Under the pieces are notes generated by a model. That model did not search any database and was not told the DNA's origin. It saw only the letters and a program-made list of their open reading frames with translations. The translations under genes and the position numbers were made by a program. This document shows, piece after piece, positions 28,258 to 42,420 of a DNA stretch of 64,000 bases (position 1 is its first letter; every line of letters begins with the position of its first letter). This DNA comes from Octopus vulgaris (taxonomy: Eukaryota), in assembly GCA_951406725.2 (NCBI GenBank), contig OX597824.1, positions 71,610,001-71,674,000 on the forward strand. The letters are read 5' to 3'.

Positions 28258-28297
<40 letters not shown>

Positions 28298-29247
28298 GTG
28301 AGTGTGTTTTGGTGTCTCCTTGTTTTGATATGTGACAGCATCACCATCATATAAGTGATAACCTCCACATAAACATGTTTGGTCATGGGAAATATGACCC
28401 TACCTGGAATCAGATGAGGGTTGGTGACAGGAAGGGCACCTAGTCATAGAAAATCTGCCTTAAATAATTCCAGCCCTTGCAAGCATGGGAAAGAAGACAT
28501 TACAATGATGATATTGATGTCAGATCAGTATTTTTATATAAGTATGAACACTGTGAATGTATGCAAAGACTGAAAGAAGTGTAACAAGCATGTGCTGCAG
28601 GATGTGTAATACCAGCATGCATAAATAATGGGACACATGGTTTTGTTTGTGTATTTTTTTATTCTTTCAGTCATTTGACTGTAGCCATGCTGGAGCACAG
28701 CCATTAAGGGATTTTTGTTGAAGAAATCGACCCAAGGATTTTTCTCTATTGGTCTCTTTTGCCAAACTGCTAGGTTACAGGCACATAAACACACCAACAT
28801 TGGTTGTCAAGTGATGGTGGGAGGGACAAACACAGACATAAAGACACACACACATAAATATATACATATATATATGATGGGCTTTTTTCAGTTTCAGTCT
28901 GTCAGATATCCACTCACAAGGCTTTGGTCGGCCTGAGGCAATAGTAGAAGACACTTGCCCAAGGTGCCATACAGTGGAACTGAACCTGGAACCTGGAACC
29001 ATGTGGTTGAGAAGAAAGCTTCTTACCACACAGTCATGCCAGTGCCTCTATATATATATATATATTTAGGGAGCTTGCTTCCTAGCTACATGGTTTCGAG
29101 TTCAGTCCCACTGCGTGGCACTTTGGGTAGGTGTCTTCCACTATAGCCTCAAGCCGACCGGAGCTTTGTGATTGAATTCGGTAGGTGGAAGTTACTGCCG
29201 TGTGTGTATGTGTGCGTATAGCTGCTCAGTGCCTCTCCGAGAGAGAG

Positions 29248-29285
<38 letters not shown>

Positions 29286-29680
29286 GGTCACTGATTGTGA
29301 TTCATACACGAAGGCAAGAAAGGGATGCGACAAACTTGTGCTGCCAAATGTGTTACACAAGCATGCATGAATGATGGATCACAAGCTTGCTGAGGGAATC
29401 TGTATGCTGGCCTTCACAAAGGAGATGACAAGCATAGTGCATATAATATATATATTTACAACTTCAATACCCATACATATCTTGTACCTATTTTCTTTCC
29501 TCCACCTCACTCTGTATTTTGTATCACATCTAAACTAACTATGACTTAAAACTTTCCTCTCACACCGTCTCCGATGAAGGGATATTATTAATAAATATCC
29601 TAGAAACAGCTGTAAGATCTATCTATAAATGCTGTAATATCTATACAGCCTTGGTTTTTTATCTTATTATGCAAAAAATT

Positions 29681-29760
<80 letters not shown>

Positions 29761-32700
29761 CATATATATATAATACACACACGTACACACACATTGCTTC
29801 CCAACCACATTGTTATGGGATGGCATCTTGGGCAAGTATCTTCTATTATAACCTTGGGCCAACCAAAGCCTTCGTAGTGAATTTGGTAATGAAAACTGAA
29901 AGAAACCCTTTGTGTGTGTGTATATATATATATGTTTCAATGTGCATGTCTGTGTTTGCCCTCCTCCCCCACCACTTGACAACTGGTGTTGGTGTGTTTA
30001 TGTCCTCATAACTTTGTGGTTCAGAAAAAGTGACTAATAGAATATGTACCAAGTTTAAAAAAAAGAAGTACTGAGATCGATTCATTCAACTAAAATTTCT
30101 TCAAAGCAGTGCCCCAGCTTGGCTACAGTCTAATGACTGAAACAGATAAAAGATAAAAGGATATATGCGTGCACACACACACGATATGCATCTATATTTA
30201 TGTAGTATATAATTTACATATATATGTATATATGTGTGTGTGTGTATATGTATACATATATGAGTTATATTTTTATTTTTTTATCTATTGACAGAAAAAT
30301 GAATATTACATAAATGAACTGAATGATTACCAGAATCAAACAGTGAATTCAAAATCTAACAGAAAATTAATAATCTCTACTGAAACATCAAGCTTTGAGT
30401 CAGATTCTGAACTATCTATTGACCTGCAAACATCAGACTCAAACAAATCTTCTGAACTAATTCCTTCCATTCCAACCAATGATACTCAGCCTGTACAAAA
30501 CCACAAGGACGACGAACCCAGCAAGTAATTATTCTACTATATATCATTGGTTTCTTCAAATTTTTCTTTCTATTTTAAATGCCTTTTAATATATCTATTT
30601 ATTTCAGACCTTATTTATACATTTCAACTTTATGGTAATCTTTGTATTTCTATTGTTTGTTTTCTTTTCATTATCATCATTTTGCATTCATTTTTTTCCA
30701 TGCTGGTAAAATGTCTGATATCTTGACATTTTTCATGGTACTGTTTTATCTGACATACACGGCAACAAAGAAAATTACCACCAGTTTTTGTCAGGGTTGT
30801 CATACTTTTTACTTTGGATTTTATGGTCGGATGCCCTTACCATCACCAACCATTTTACAGCACAGACCAGGTGCATCTTGTCATATCACTGAAACTAGAG
30901 AGCTTGTTTGTGACAGGACTTAAGGGTCCTCTCCATCCTGTAGAAAATATCCAAGTTACAACTGAATCAGCATCATTGTTTTAGTGACTGCTTTTCCATG
31001 CTTGTGTGGGTCAGACAAGAGTATGCTGAAACAGAGCTTTCTATACCCAGATGCCTTTCTTGTCACCAAACACCACTTATTTCTAAAGTAAGGTAATAAT
31101 CTCCCAGCCTGTTGCACAAAAAACAACCTGGGCATTGCATTTGTAATGGCCTGAAAGTAAATGACACCATTTGTGAAGCTATTGTTTGCAACCATCTGAC
31201 AAAACATCTCGTCTAGAGAAATATGAAAACATTTACACACACACACAAGCTGGGGTGTGACTGTGGATAAGAAGCTTGGTTCCCAACCATATGATCTTGA
31301 GGTCAGCTCTTAGACATGATTGTCCTAGCATTCATTAACCTGGAAAACACATTTAACAGGATTCCACATGCTGTAGTTCTTGTGGTCTCTAAGTGAAAAC
31401 TAAGGGTAGATGAATGGCTTCTGATCACCATGCAAGCAAGCCTGTACAGGTGCCATCAGTTAGATAAGTGTTAACAACTGTACCACAAATAGATTTTCTC
31501 AAATGCTCTGACAGTGCCCTAGAAATAGTTGATGTCCTTCTGTTACCTAGGTGACTTAATTAAAAGTAGAGATGGATGTTCCAAAATATAGTAGTCAAAG
31601 TAAGAACAGGTTGATAAGAGTGAAGGACAGTACATCGAGTCAAAGAAACCAATCCGAAAATAGAATGTACAAGCAAGACATTGTCCTCTGATCTATCTCA
31701 GAAGAAGAATATAATAATTGACTTGGGCTATAACAAGCCATCTAACTCATGCCTTTATAGAAAATGGATGTAAAATAATGAATTCAGTGGATGTAAAATG
31801 ATGAATAAAATGGATGTAAAATGATGAATAATGACTAGCTGCAGTTTGCACCAACCCTCTTCCTTAAATTTCCATTTTCCTCAGAGATCCCTCCATTTTC
31901 AATCATCCTAGAGATTACTTCATTCCTAGACTCCCATGATGTCTAGATACATAAGCAACTGACTAGAATTATGCTACAACACCACTTGATTATTTCTGAA
32001 ACTTGAAACATGTGATGTCCAATAACTGTTATTGTTTAAAATGTTGGTCTTTGGGCTGTTTTGTCAATGGCTCAGACCTTGAGATCATGTTGTTGTTTAG
32101 CACCAGTTTCGGCCAAAACTATGTCCAATGTATTTTTAGGATGTAACTGCAGCTATATTATTTAATGTCATGTGTATCCTTGATTTTTTTTTTTAAGGTG
32201 GTAGGGTGTGAGTTGAAGATTTGATTGCTATTTCCAGCACACCAAGCAGCCACATAGAAGCTCCTTTGTTTGGTGTTCACCTGCACAGAGAAATAAATAT
32301 GAGTCACTACTGAGAGTGACACATAATTCTGCTCACTCTGAAATAACTGCCTGCTCGTCTCTTTCCCAGTTGAGTGATTAACAGTAGGAAGTCATTCATC
32401 TGTAAGCCTATTCTTACTGTAGAAGCATATGAAACCAAACAGAAAACAGCAGTGAAGGGAAAGAAATCTTACCCATCTTCCAGACTTAACAAATACAACA
32501 AGAACAATAGCAATTAATGAGCCAATGAATATAGTATCTATGTGGTTGCTACTCTTACTAGAAATAGCCACCAAATCTCCTTCAAATCCTACTATCTTGC
32601 GAAAAGCAAGAACATATTAAGAAATGTAGTCTTAGTCATACAATAATTGAAACAAAGATGAGGAAGTCATGACTAGATTGCCTTTGATCATTCTTGACCT

Positions 32701-35700
32701 GGTGTTATACACTAACAACTGCACCAGCAATAACAATGTAAGCACTAGAGCAGTGTTTCTGGAACTTTGTGGTTATCATCACTGCATATCGAAATCTTAA
32801 AAAAAATTGTTTTTAACTTATCGTATAGATGAAATTTTTGACACTGAATCCAAATTTGTTATTCATTTATTCCCCCCCAAAAAATGCAAAAATGTTACAG
32901 GTGTTCAAAGTTTGATAATTTTCAGTATTTTCAGCCAATCAGAAAACAGCACATTCGCTGCCTCTTCTATCATCTGTCACAGTAGCAAGAGTGGGGAGGG
33001 GCACCAGCATATCAAAGCATTAAACTAGCTACAGTAAACAGTGAAAAACATTAAAAGATTCGCAAGCAAATTAAATATTTAAAAGCTATGAGCAAACCAA
33101 CAGGAGTTGCTAGAAATAACAGTCAAAACGTTGCTTAAAACAGGCATTTATTAGTTTAAAAACTCAAGAACAAAAGCTTGCAATACACTCTAGGATTTTA
33201 TAAAATAAATTATCTTTCTCATATCTCCTCCATATTTTCTCATATCTCCTTACAAAGAGTCAAGCATGGAACAGTGTATTCCACACTAGCGTTTGTTTCC
33301 ACACTTTAAAGATACCCAAGTACTCTCAATTTATTGTTTGCACTCAGTTTGGTAGTTACACTCCTTGTGCGCATGCACATCTTTAGTTACTACGGAAACA
33401 AACAGAGTTCTTCATAATCAGCTATGGAACACGTACTTCTTTATTTAATATGCTAACAATACTCCACAGTGATGTGTAAAATACTAGCTTCTGATTGACT
33501 AAAATACCCAAATTTTGCAAATTTTAAAGGCTAATAACTTTTTAATTATGAATTTATTAAAAAAAATGAATTTCATTTTCATAATTAGTATACAAAACTT
33601 AATCCATATACCAAATTTGAAAACAATTGGAACAGAATTGTAGACAGTGACAATAACCGCAAAGATCCATGTTTTTCTTTAAGGAGAGCCCATCAGGGTT
33701 GAACAAGAGGCAGACAAATTACCATGTTCAATGAAGTCAAGTTGGCTTTTAAACTTGTTAACCCTTTAACATTTAAACTAGCCATACCTGGCCAAAATAT
33801 TCTACATGTTTTATGTCAAAAATGGTCAGATCTGTACTCTGACACCTCCCCCTACAACATCATTCAAAAGATCTACAATCACATCATTGAAATCTTGAAA
33901 TTATGAGATATTGCACGATTAATTCAAAACCATGTGAGTAAAAAAACATTAAAGGTGTATGGCTCAGTGGTTAGAACATTGAGCTCAAAATCATGAGGCA
34001 ATGAGTTAAATTCCTGGACCAAGCTGTGTGTTGCGTTCTTGTGAAAGACACTTTATTTCACATTGCTCCAGTTCACTCATCTGTAGAAATGAGTTGCAAC
34101 ATCATTGGGGGCCAAGCTGTATTGGCCTTTGTCTTTCCCTTGGATAACTTTGGTGGAGAAGGGATGCTGGTATCCATGGGTGACTGCTGGTCGTCCATAA
34201 CCAACCTTGCCCAGACTTGTACCTCAGAGGGTAACTTTCTAGGTGCAATCTCATGGTCATTCATAATCGAAGGGGAGTTTTTATCCTGTTTGACAGCTTG
34301 ATCTGATTGCAAAAGGTTTGAAACTTGTCTAGCACCTTGGTGATGGATGAAGAATTAAATGGGTGCAAATTCTATTTTGTTTTCTCAGCATCAAAGTGGG
34401 GTGGGTATGGAATTTTTACTTTTTTGGGGGTAGAGGTCTGTTTGAGGACTGCTGCATTAACCTTTTAGCATTCAGATTTCTCTGTCAAATGTAATGCTTT
34501 TTTTATTCACATTGTTTTGAATTACTCATAGAGGGCAAAAAACTGGATTTGGCTAGTTTTAACATAAAACACGTAGAACATTCAGGCTGGATGTGGCTAG
34601 TTTAAATGCTAAAGGGTTAAAGTATTGTCTTTTTACATTAGTAATGTTTTTATGGACTGATAATGTTTTAATAGAAATGAAACCAATAAAATCACTAAAT
34701 AAATTAACTTCTTAAAATCCTGTATTGTTTGGTATTTTTTTTCTTTTTTTCTATTTCCAATTGCAGTGTTGCACTAAAAGAACCAAACAGTAGTGCTGAA
34801 ATTTGTAATGGCGTATGGAGTTATCCGAAAGCTCCAGATAACATCAGCATTAATTCAATGGAGGATGAAGAATTGGAAGAGTTTGATGGTGATGTTGCTG
34901 CAGTGCTCGGCACGACCCTACCGGATGCCGACATTTCCTTCTTTGACCCTCTACAAACTTCCACTACACACAATGCTGACAAGTTGCAAACCAGCAACAG
35001 TTGGTTGCTATCTGCATTGTCGACATGTGCTGACATAGACTCTGCTAGCTCCAAGAACACACCACCGCCTTCCAAACAACAAAGTAACCAAGAGACATTA
35101 GCGTTTGGTGGTGACCAATCCAAAATCCTTGATACACAACCTGAAGAAATTCCTGCATTAACCTGCAATCCCTTGGAACCCTCAAAAGCCCTTGCACATG
35201 TTGCCACTGCTGTTGAGAGCCCGAAAAAAGCGACACATGGCAAGAACAGTTCCAATGTCGACATTTCGGACTTTGATCCGCTTGGAACGGGGAGCAGCTG
35301 CAATGCTAAAGTGCGTTGCGGCAAGGGTGACTTTGATGTCGCTCTCAGCTTGTCACTCGGCTCGGATATGAATTCTGCCAAGAGAAAAATGCCATCATCA
35401 CTGCCTTCCTCTAATTTTCTCAAACTTCCATCAAATCTGAGTCAGCTGCAACAGCAGCTCAGTGTAGCTTCACAGTCAAATGACATGTCTCTGAAAGTGG
35501 GTGGTAAAGAGGATTACATCTATGTTGCTGCCAACCAAATATGCCAGGCCCAAGAATGTGAAGCAAGTGGAAACTATGAAATGTCCTTTGCCTTTTATAG
35601 AAATGGAGTTGGAATCTTACTTCAAGGTGTTCAAGGTAGATACAGCCAGATTCTTCTCTAGTTGTGTGTATGTGTATAAACAAACAAACAGAGAGTATGT

Positions 35701-37496
35701 TGTGCTATATAGATATTCCAAGGATTAAACAGAAAGAACACAAGAAAGGGAAAAATTAGACAAAAACACAGCAAATGGAAAACTAGATGGAAACACGACA
35801 AACAGAAAATAAGACAAAAATGGATGTTTTTGTCTAATTTTCAGTTTGCTGTGTTTTCATCTAATTTTTCTCGTTGTCGTGTTCTTTCTATTCAACCCTT
35901 GGAATATATATTCTTTTACTTATTTCAGTCATTTGACTGGGGCCATACTGGAGCACTGCTCTAAAGGGTTTCTAGTCAAAGAAATCGGCCCCAGGACTTT
36001 GTAAGCCTAGTACTTATTCTATCTGTCACATTTGCTGAATTGCTAAGTTACAGGGGCGTAAACACACCAACATCAGTTGTCAGTCAATGGTGGGGTCAAA
36101 CACACACACACACACATATATAGTCACTACAAGGATACATAAACTTATTGTGGGGATTGTTTCATCCAAGTTACACTGGGTTACTATAATATAATTTTGA
36201 GATATAAAAATAGGTATGTTATAGATATCAAATATTAAGTAAGAAAATGGAGAGATTCAATGGATATAAATTAATTTATTAACATTTTTAATAAGGCCTA
36301 CAATTGTTTCAATTCACACTCAATAAAAATTACAAACATATAGAATAAAATAAGTTTGCATTTTGAATATTTACAGTAAAATATCTCAGGGCCAATGGAC
36401 ATTAAAGAAACTACGTGTTGATCAATTGAGATTCCCCAACAGACTGTTGATCAATCTCAATTGATCAACATGTAGTTTTCTTAATATCCATTTGCCCTGA
36501 AGATATTTTACTGTAAATATTCAAAATGCAAACTTATTTTGTTCTATATGTTTGTAATTAGTATTGAGTGTGAATTGAAACAATTGTAGGCCTTATTCAA
36601 AATTTTGATAAATTAATTTATATCCATTGAATCTCTCCATTTTCTTACTTAATTATATACATATATATATATATATATATATTATATGTATATATATATT
36701 ATATGGTCCAAGGGTTTGAGTGTAGAAAGTTTGTAAGCTTCAAGCAGTTCATGGTAGGTATAAAAAATAACATTCAAGAACAATAATGATTTATTGGTGT
36801 TGAAGTTTGTAGGTTTTTCCCATACTGAGGTTCGATAAGCTAAAATAATTTTTTTTATAGCTCATAGTTAGTAACTTCAGTTGCTATGAATGTGAATAAA
36901 AATCCATATTAATGGAGTGGAGCAGGTAAAATCCAGTATTTTTACTCTGTTCTTCCGGCTTCACCACTCATTTCAAATTACATCATCGGCAAATTAAACT
37001 GGGATTCCTTAATGACAATGTAACCTTTATTTTAATTAAGGGATCTTTGGCCTGTTAAGTAGCTAGCTGAGTACCCCTCTTTGAGTAATTATTACATCAG
37101 AGGTTCTGCTACTTAGGAAACATATGTAACCTGGATTTTACCTGCTCCACTCCCTCAATTTGAATGTGTGTGTGTGTGTGTGTAGCATGGTGTAATATAT
37201 GTTCATCTGCATATGTGTTTATTATTTTGTAGTAGAAGCAATATGATCTACTGGTTAAGAAGTTTGCTTCTCAATCATGTGGTCCAGGTTTCAGTTCCAC
37301 TGCATAGCACCGTGGGCGAGTGTCTTTTATTTTATCCTTGAGTTAACTCAGGTTTTGTGGGAGAAATTGAGAAGACATACTGTGTTAAAGCCCATCAGAT
37401 GGATTGTACCTCTTCAGTATTGTTAGCCAGAATCTGGATTACATCAGAGTACTTGTAAGATACCTGACTGGATTCAAAATCTGTATTCCTTTACGA

Positions 37497-37528
<32 letters not shown>

Positions 37529-40500
37529 CACACACACACTCACATATAGATACATACATACATATATATATATGCATTCTGTTTCTGTAGGAGATTCCAA
37601 TAAAACACGCCGAGAAGCTGTTCGTCGGAAGACAGCACAGTACCTAATGAAAGCTGAAGATTTGTATAATCGACATTTAGCCAAAGATGTAAATGATGAG
37701 AGGCGATGGGCCGTAAGTTTTTTTTTTTTATTATTTATTTATTTTACCATTTATTCATTACTGTGTTGTTTGGTATCAGGTCAGCCCTGATTAGGTAAAG
37801 CTCAAATGAAAAAGCTTGACTTGAAATTTTTGAAATTCATACACAGTTTATTGCGAAGCATGGAGAAATTGTTAAGCCACTTAAACTGATTGGTCTTTTT
37901 GGATCATTTCTTAAAACGGAGTTAACTAATTTGCTTTGTTCTAGAATGAAACTTTAGCAATGGTATACCTTAAGTTTTTGGTGTCAAACTTGTAATCTTT
38001 TGTTTGTTTATGTTTAACTGTATCATTTTGCCAGAAGAAAATAGCTTGTAAATTAAACAACAATAGTTTATATATCATTACATGTGGGAACAGTTTGTAA
38101 GTTTCTATATCACCACATGTGGCCTGTAATAGTATTGAGAGTTGTTTGAACTTATCCATTTGTTCTAAGTGCTACACGTATTTTAAAACACTTGGTGAAT
38201 TGAAATGTATTTATTTGAAATACATATACATGTCTATACTGTAAACCCTCATAGATTTAACAGATTAACGAACTGAATAAGAATACTGTATTGCATATAT
38301 TGTCATGATAAAATCCTCTTTAATGACATTGTCAAGTAAAAATTACAGTCTTTATTATAGTTTAATAAATTTATATTGTGCATTATTGTACTGGCTTCCA
38401 TACCCGTGGCATGTGAAAGGGCACCATTCGAGCGTGATTGTTACCAATGTCGCTTCACTGGCACGTATAAAAAGATTCGAACGAGGTCGTTGCCAGTGCC
38501 ACCGGCACGTAAAAAGCACCCACTACACTCTTGGAGTGGTTGGCGTTAGGAAGGGCATCCAGCTGTAGAAACTCTACCAGATCAAGATTGGAGCCTGGTG
38601 CAGCTATCTGGCTCGCCAGCCCTCAGTCAAAATTGTCCAACCCATGCTAGCATGGAAAGCAGACGTTAAACGATGATGATGATGATTATTGTATATTGTT
38701 TTAAATATCTTTTTTTTTCTTACATTAAAAGCTATAAAATAAATGCTCATCTCCTCAGTTAGTTTTGATTTAATGAGTGCACGTTCTCTTTAAAATGAGT
38801 GTTCAAATGTGTGTGTATTATTTTGCCTAATATAGTCATTTAGCTAGAGAGATCTCAAAGTAACTTTAGCAAAGACTAAAGTTTTATCCATCCATCATCT
38901 TCTGGAGGGTCATGTAGGCAGAGTCCTCAGGCACCTCCTCCATTGGATCCTGTCAGAAGCAATCATCATTACACTTTCCTTCTGGATTCCTAAGTGTGAC
39001 CAACTCATTCTTGGTCTGCCCCTGGGTCTCCTGCTCATTGGTTCAGCTTGAAGAATCTGTTTTGTGATCCTTTCCTGTGACATTCTGTTGGATCTGAGCT
39101 GTGATCTCTCTCAAAAGTTTTAGTAAACAGGAGAGAAAAATAGCAACCTTGTTGCCATGAAGGAAATGGTCATGCTCAATAGGTAGAAATCCCATAGGGT
39201 ATATCGGTGTAAACTATGGATTATATGATTACCAACATGTTCATGCACTATCACCAACAGTTTCACAAACACACACACAAAACACTTTCACCATATGTTG
39301 TCTATATATTCATATACATATATATATATATACACACACATACCATTTCCTGTTAGCTGTAAATTACACCTACCCATGCATTCATACACTGTATATTGTC
39401 ACCAACTTTATTTATTTCAGTTGGATTCCTTGTCTCCACCAATGGAACTAGACCCCACTTTGGCATTCCTCAGAGCTCCTATATCTGAACTACGTAACTA
39501 CAAAGTACTAAGCACTATAGATAAGGTGTTGCTAGTACTTGAGAAAGGTTCCAATGAAACATATATCATAAAAGTAAGTAATAAACTGTTTGCTCCAGGT
39601 AAACCACTTCACACTCTCTGCTAAATAATGTCTTGAATCAATATCTATAAAGCTGAAATGTGATAAAGTTGTTTGATTTCTTGGTTATTTTGTCCCATTT
39701 TGGGATGGGAACAGTTTAAGGGGCAGTAGATGGGGTCGGATTGGCGCCAAAATTTACACTGGAAGGTAAAATGAGGTGGGCAATGGTGTGAGGAGGGTTG
39801 CAAGTCGCTTGGGGCTACTGTTTGGTTGCCATGGTGAGGAATATGGGAAAAATTGAGTTTTATGGGATAGACAGGTTGTGCTGTTTGAATAATGGTGGCT
39901 TTTCGTGTTGTTACAGGAGCTAGAGGCGGTTATCTTTAATTGTGGGTGTAAAAACTTGGGGGATTTTGGAAAGGGGGGGGTAAAGAAGAGAGCAATAAGA
40001 AGAACCAGGCAAAGAAGATGAACAAAAGAAGAAAAGGAAAAGGAGACAACACGCACAAAACAATACCATCACCAAAACCCGAGCAAAGCATAGGTCAAAA
40101 TAGCTAGTTGAGGTATATTTTCGAGTTGTGACTATTTGGTGAGTGACTCAATACTTTATATTAGTTTACAATAGTATTACAAAAGAAAAAAGTGAAAAGA
40201 ATGGTTTATATGTATTTTGAATGGTTAGCTTGACTCTTCCTTTAAAATATATTTGTCATATTTATTTTATTTGTTTAACTTTTGTTTTCTTATTTAATAT
40301 TTTGTAGACAATTCACAAATCTGGTGCTGAGAGATTGAATGTGAAGAACATTCTTCCTAGTTCTTGTCCATATATGGTTCAACTGTATAAATTTTATGAA
40401 GGAGCAGATGCTATATATCTGCTGCTACAATATGCTTCCGGTGGTAAACTGTGGACTTACATACTCAGTTATTTGCAGTTAGGTTCCCAAGAAAATTACC

Positions 40501-42360
40501 TTGGGTTCAGTGGCTCTGGCAGTGCTGGGGGTCGTAATGTCTATAAGGGTTGTAAGATGCACAATTCTTTAACATTCCATGAACAGTTACCAAATTACAG
40601 TTATAAAGAAGAACCTCCAGCCAAACAGCCAGACAATCCTGTGATGACTGAAAGTGGGGTCAATGACCACCTGGAGCCCAGTTATAAAACAAGTGAATGT
40701 GCCACATCATATGCAGCTTTATTCATGAACAACAACAACAACAATGCTGACTCAGCAGAGGTTGATACACTGAAGAACAGTTATACTGACTTGTCTGCTT
40801 TGTCCAATGATGCTGCCTCAATATCAGAAACAGGACAGGAATCTGAAAGTCCAAGCCACGAAAGTTCAACGACCTCCACAACATTTCCTTCAATTCCTGA
40901 TGAAATGTCTCTGAAAGAGCTTGACAACAGCGGTGATGAGAAGTTCCAAGAATTGCTGACCAGCAGTCGGCACCACTTAGCTGAGTTTAGCATAACGAGC
41001 AACGATAGTGATAAGAAATCCCAACGCCATAGCAGTGGATTTTCTGACATCAACCACATAATCATGGAAGATGAAGCTGAACGAGATGACACGAACAATT
41101 CCGACACAGATAGTTTGAATGATGTTTTTAAAGAGAGTGCATCAGAACTACAGATCAGTGAATGTAGTGATACCAGCTGTCAGGACATTACAAAAAATTC
41201 TATTCAGTTATTAAAGTCTATTGACAAAGTCTTGGAAAATCCAACATCACATTCATTGACCACACAGCTAGAAACACCAAATAATAAATCTTCTGTGATA
41301 AACACCGCTTCAGACCATAGTATAAGTGTTGGACGTGATGAGTTGTTCAGTGAATGCAACGGCAGCCTTGATGATGTCTCTGATGAAGAGGTCAGTATTT
41401 ATGACCTTCATAAATATTCCAGCAGTCTACCAAAGATGCATTCGCAGTCAAGCAGCCTTAACTCTAGAGAAAGAACCATTTCTGCTGGTGAGGGAGAAAG
41501 TCTATCAAAGTCACGTTTGTTAAGTGTTGTCAAGAGTGACTTAACAGAGAATTATTCCGAATCTCAAAGTATAAAAACCTTAGTTTCTTCTGTAACCAAA
41601 AGCTCTAATCCTAAGACAGACTGTTTAGAAGGCAATAGTGTAACAAAGAAAGCTTTAAACTCTAAAGATGAGAAAGAAAGCACAACAGCCCCATTAAAAG
41701 CTGCAACATCAGACTTTACCAATGACTGTAGCTGTCTCAGTCAAAAGTCCACCAAACACAATACAACATCATACACAGGCATTCCTAGACAGTCATTTAT
41801 GGAGCCATGTCGGTCTGCATCATTTGAGTGTGATCTGAAGTCACCTTCAAAGAGTAAAGTGTGGAAAGTATTTGAAGAATTTGACAGTAGTAGGAACTGG
41901 TCTTCAGAAGTTGTGCTACCGGAATCTTGCATCAAACAGTGGGCAGCAGAAGTTGTGATTGCTCTGTCATACTTGCATGATCAGGGTATTATTTGTCGGT
42001 GAGTAATTTTTCTTTCTCAGTCTTTCCTCGCTTCTCTTTTCTCTCTTCCTTCTCCTTATCTCTTATTTTCTTCTTTGTATGAGTGTGGGTTTACATAAGT
42101 TTGTTCATTTTACATGTTTTTTTTTTGGTGGAGTGAGGGGTTCCCTGCTGTCACAAGTTGGATAAATACTTACTGAAGTTTTATTTTACAGCCAAGCGCC
42201 CTCCCTGTCCCTAACACTTACATGTTTTTTCAAGTAATGGATTTTTCTACATGCCTTCAAAAGCACAGTGCTGGTAGATAATTTGTTGAAAGGGAATGTC
42301 AGCACCTCTTCTTTCCTTTTGCTAGGTGTCATGTGAAGCAAAAGAATGTAAACATCCATG

Positions 42361-42420
<60 letters not shown>

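Noticed and set aside
31765-31830. Three copies of tggatgtaaaat.atgaat
   Set aside because: Local slippage duplication of a retroposon tail; no sign of function
34821-35423. 200-aa minus-strand ORF (also 40781..41107 and 541..1032)
   Set aside because: Antisense shadows of real coding sequence; no independent motifs
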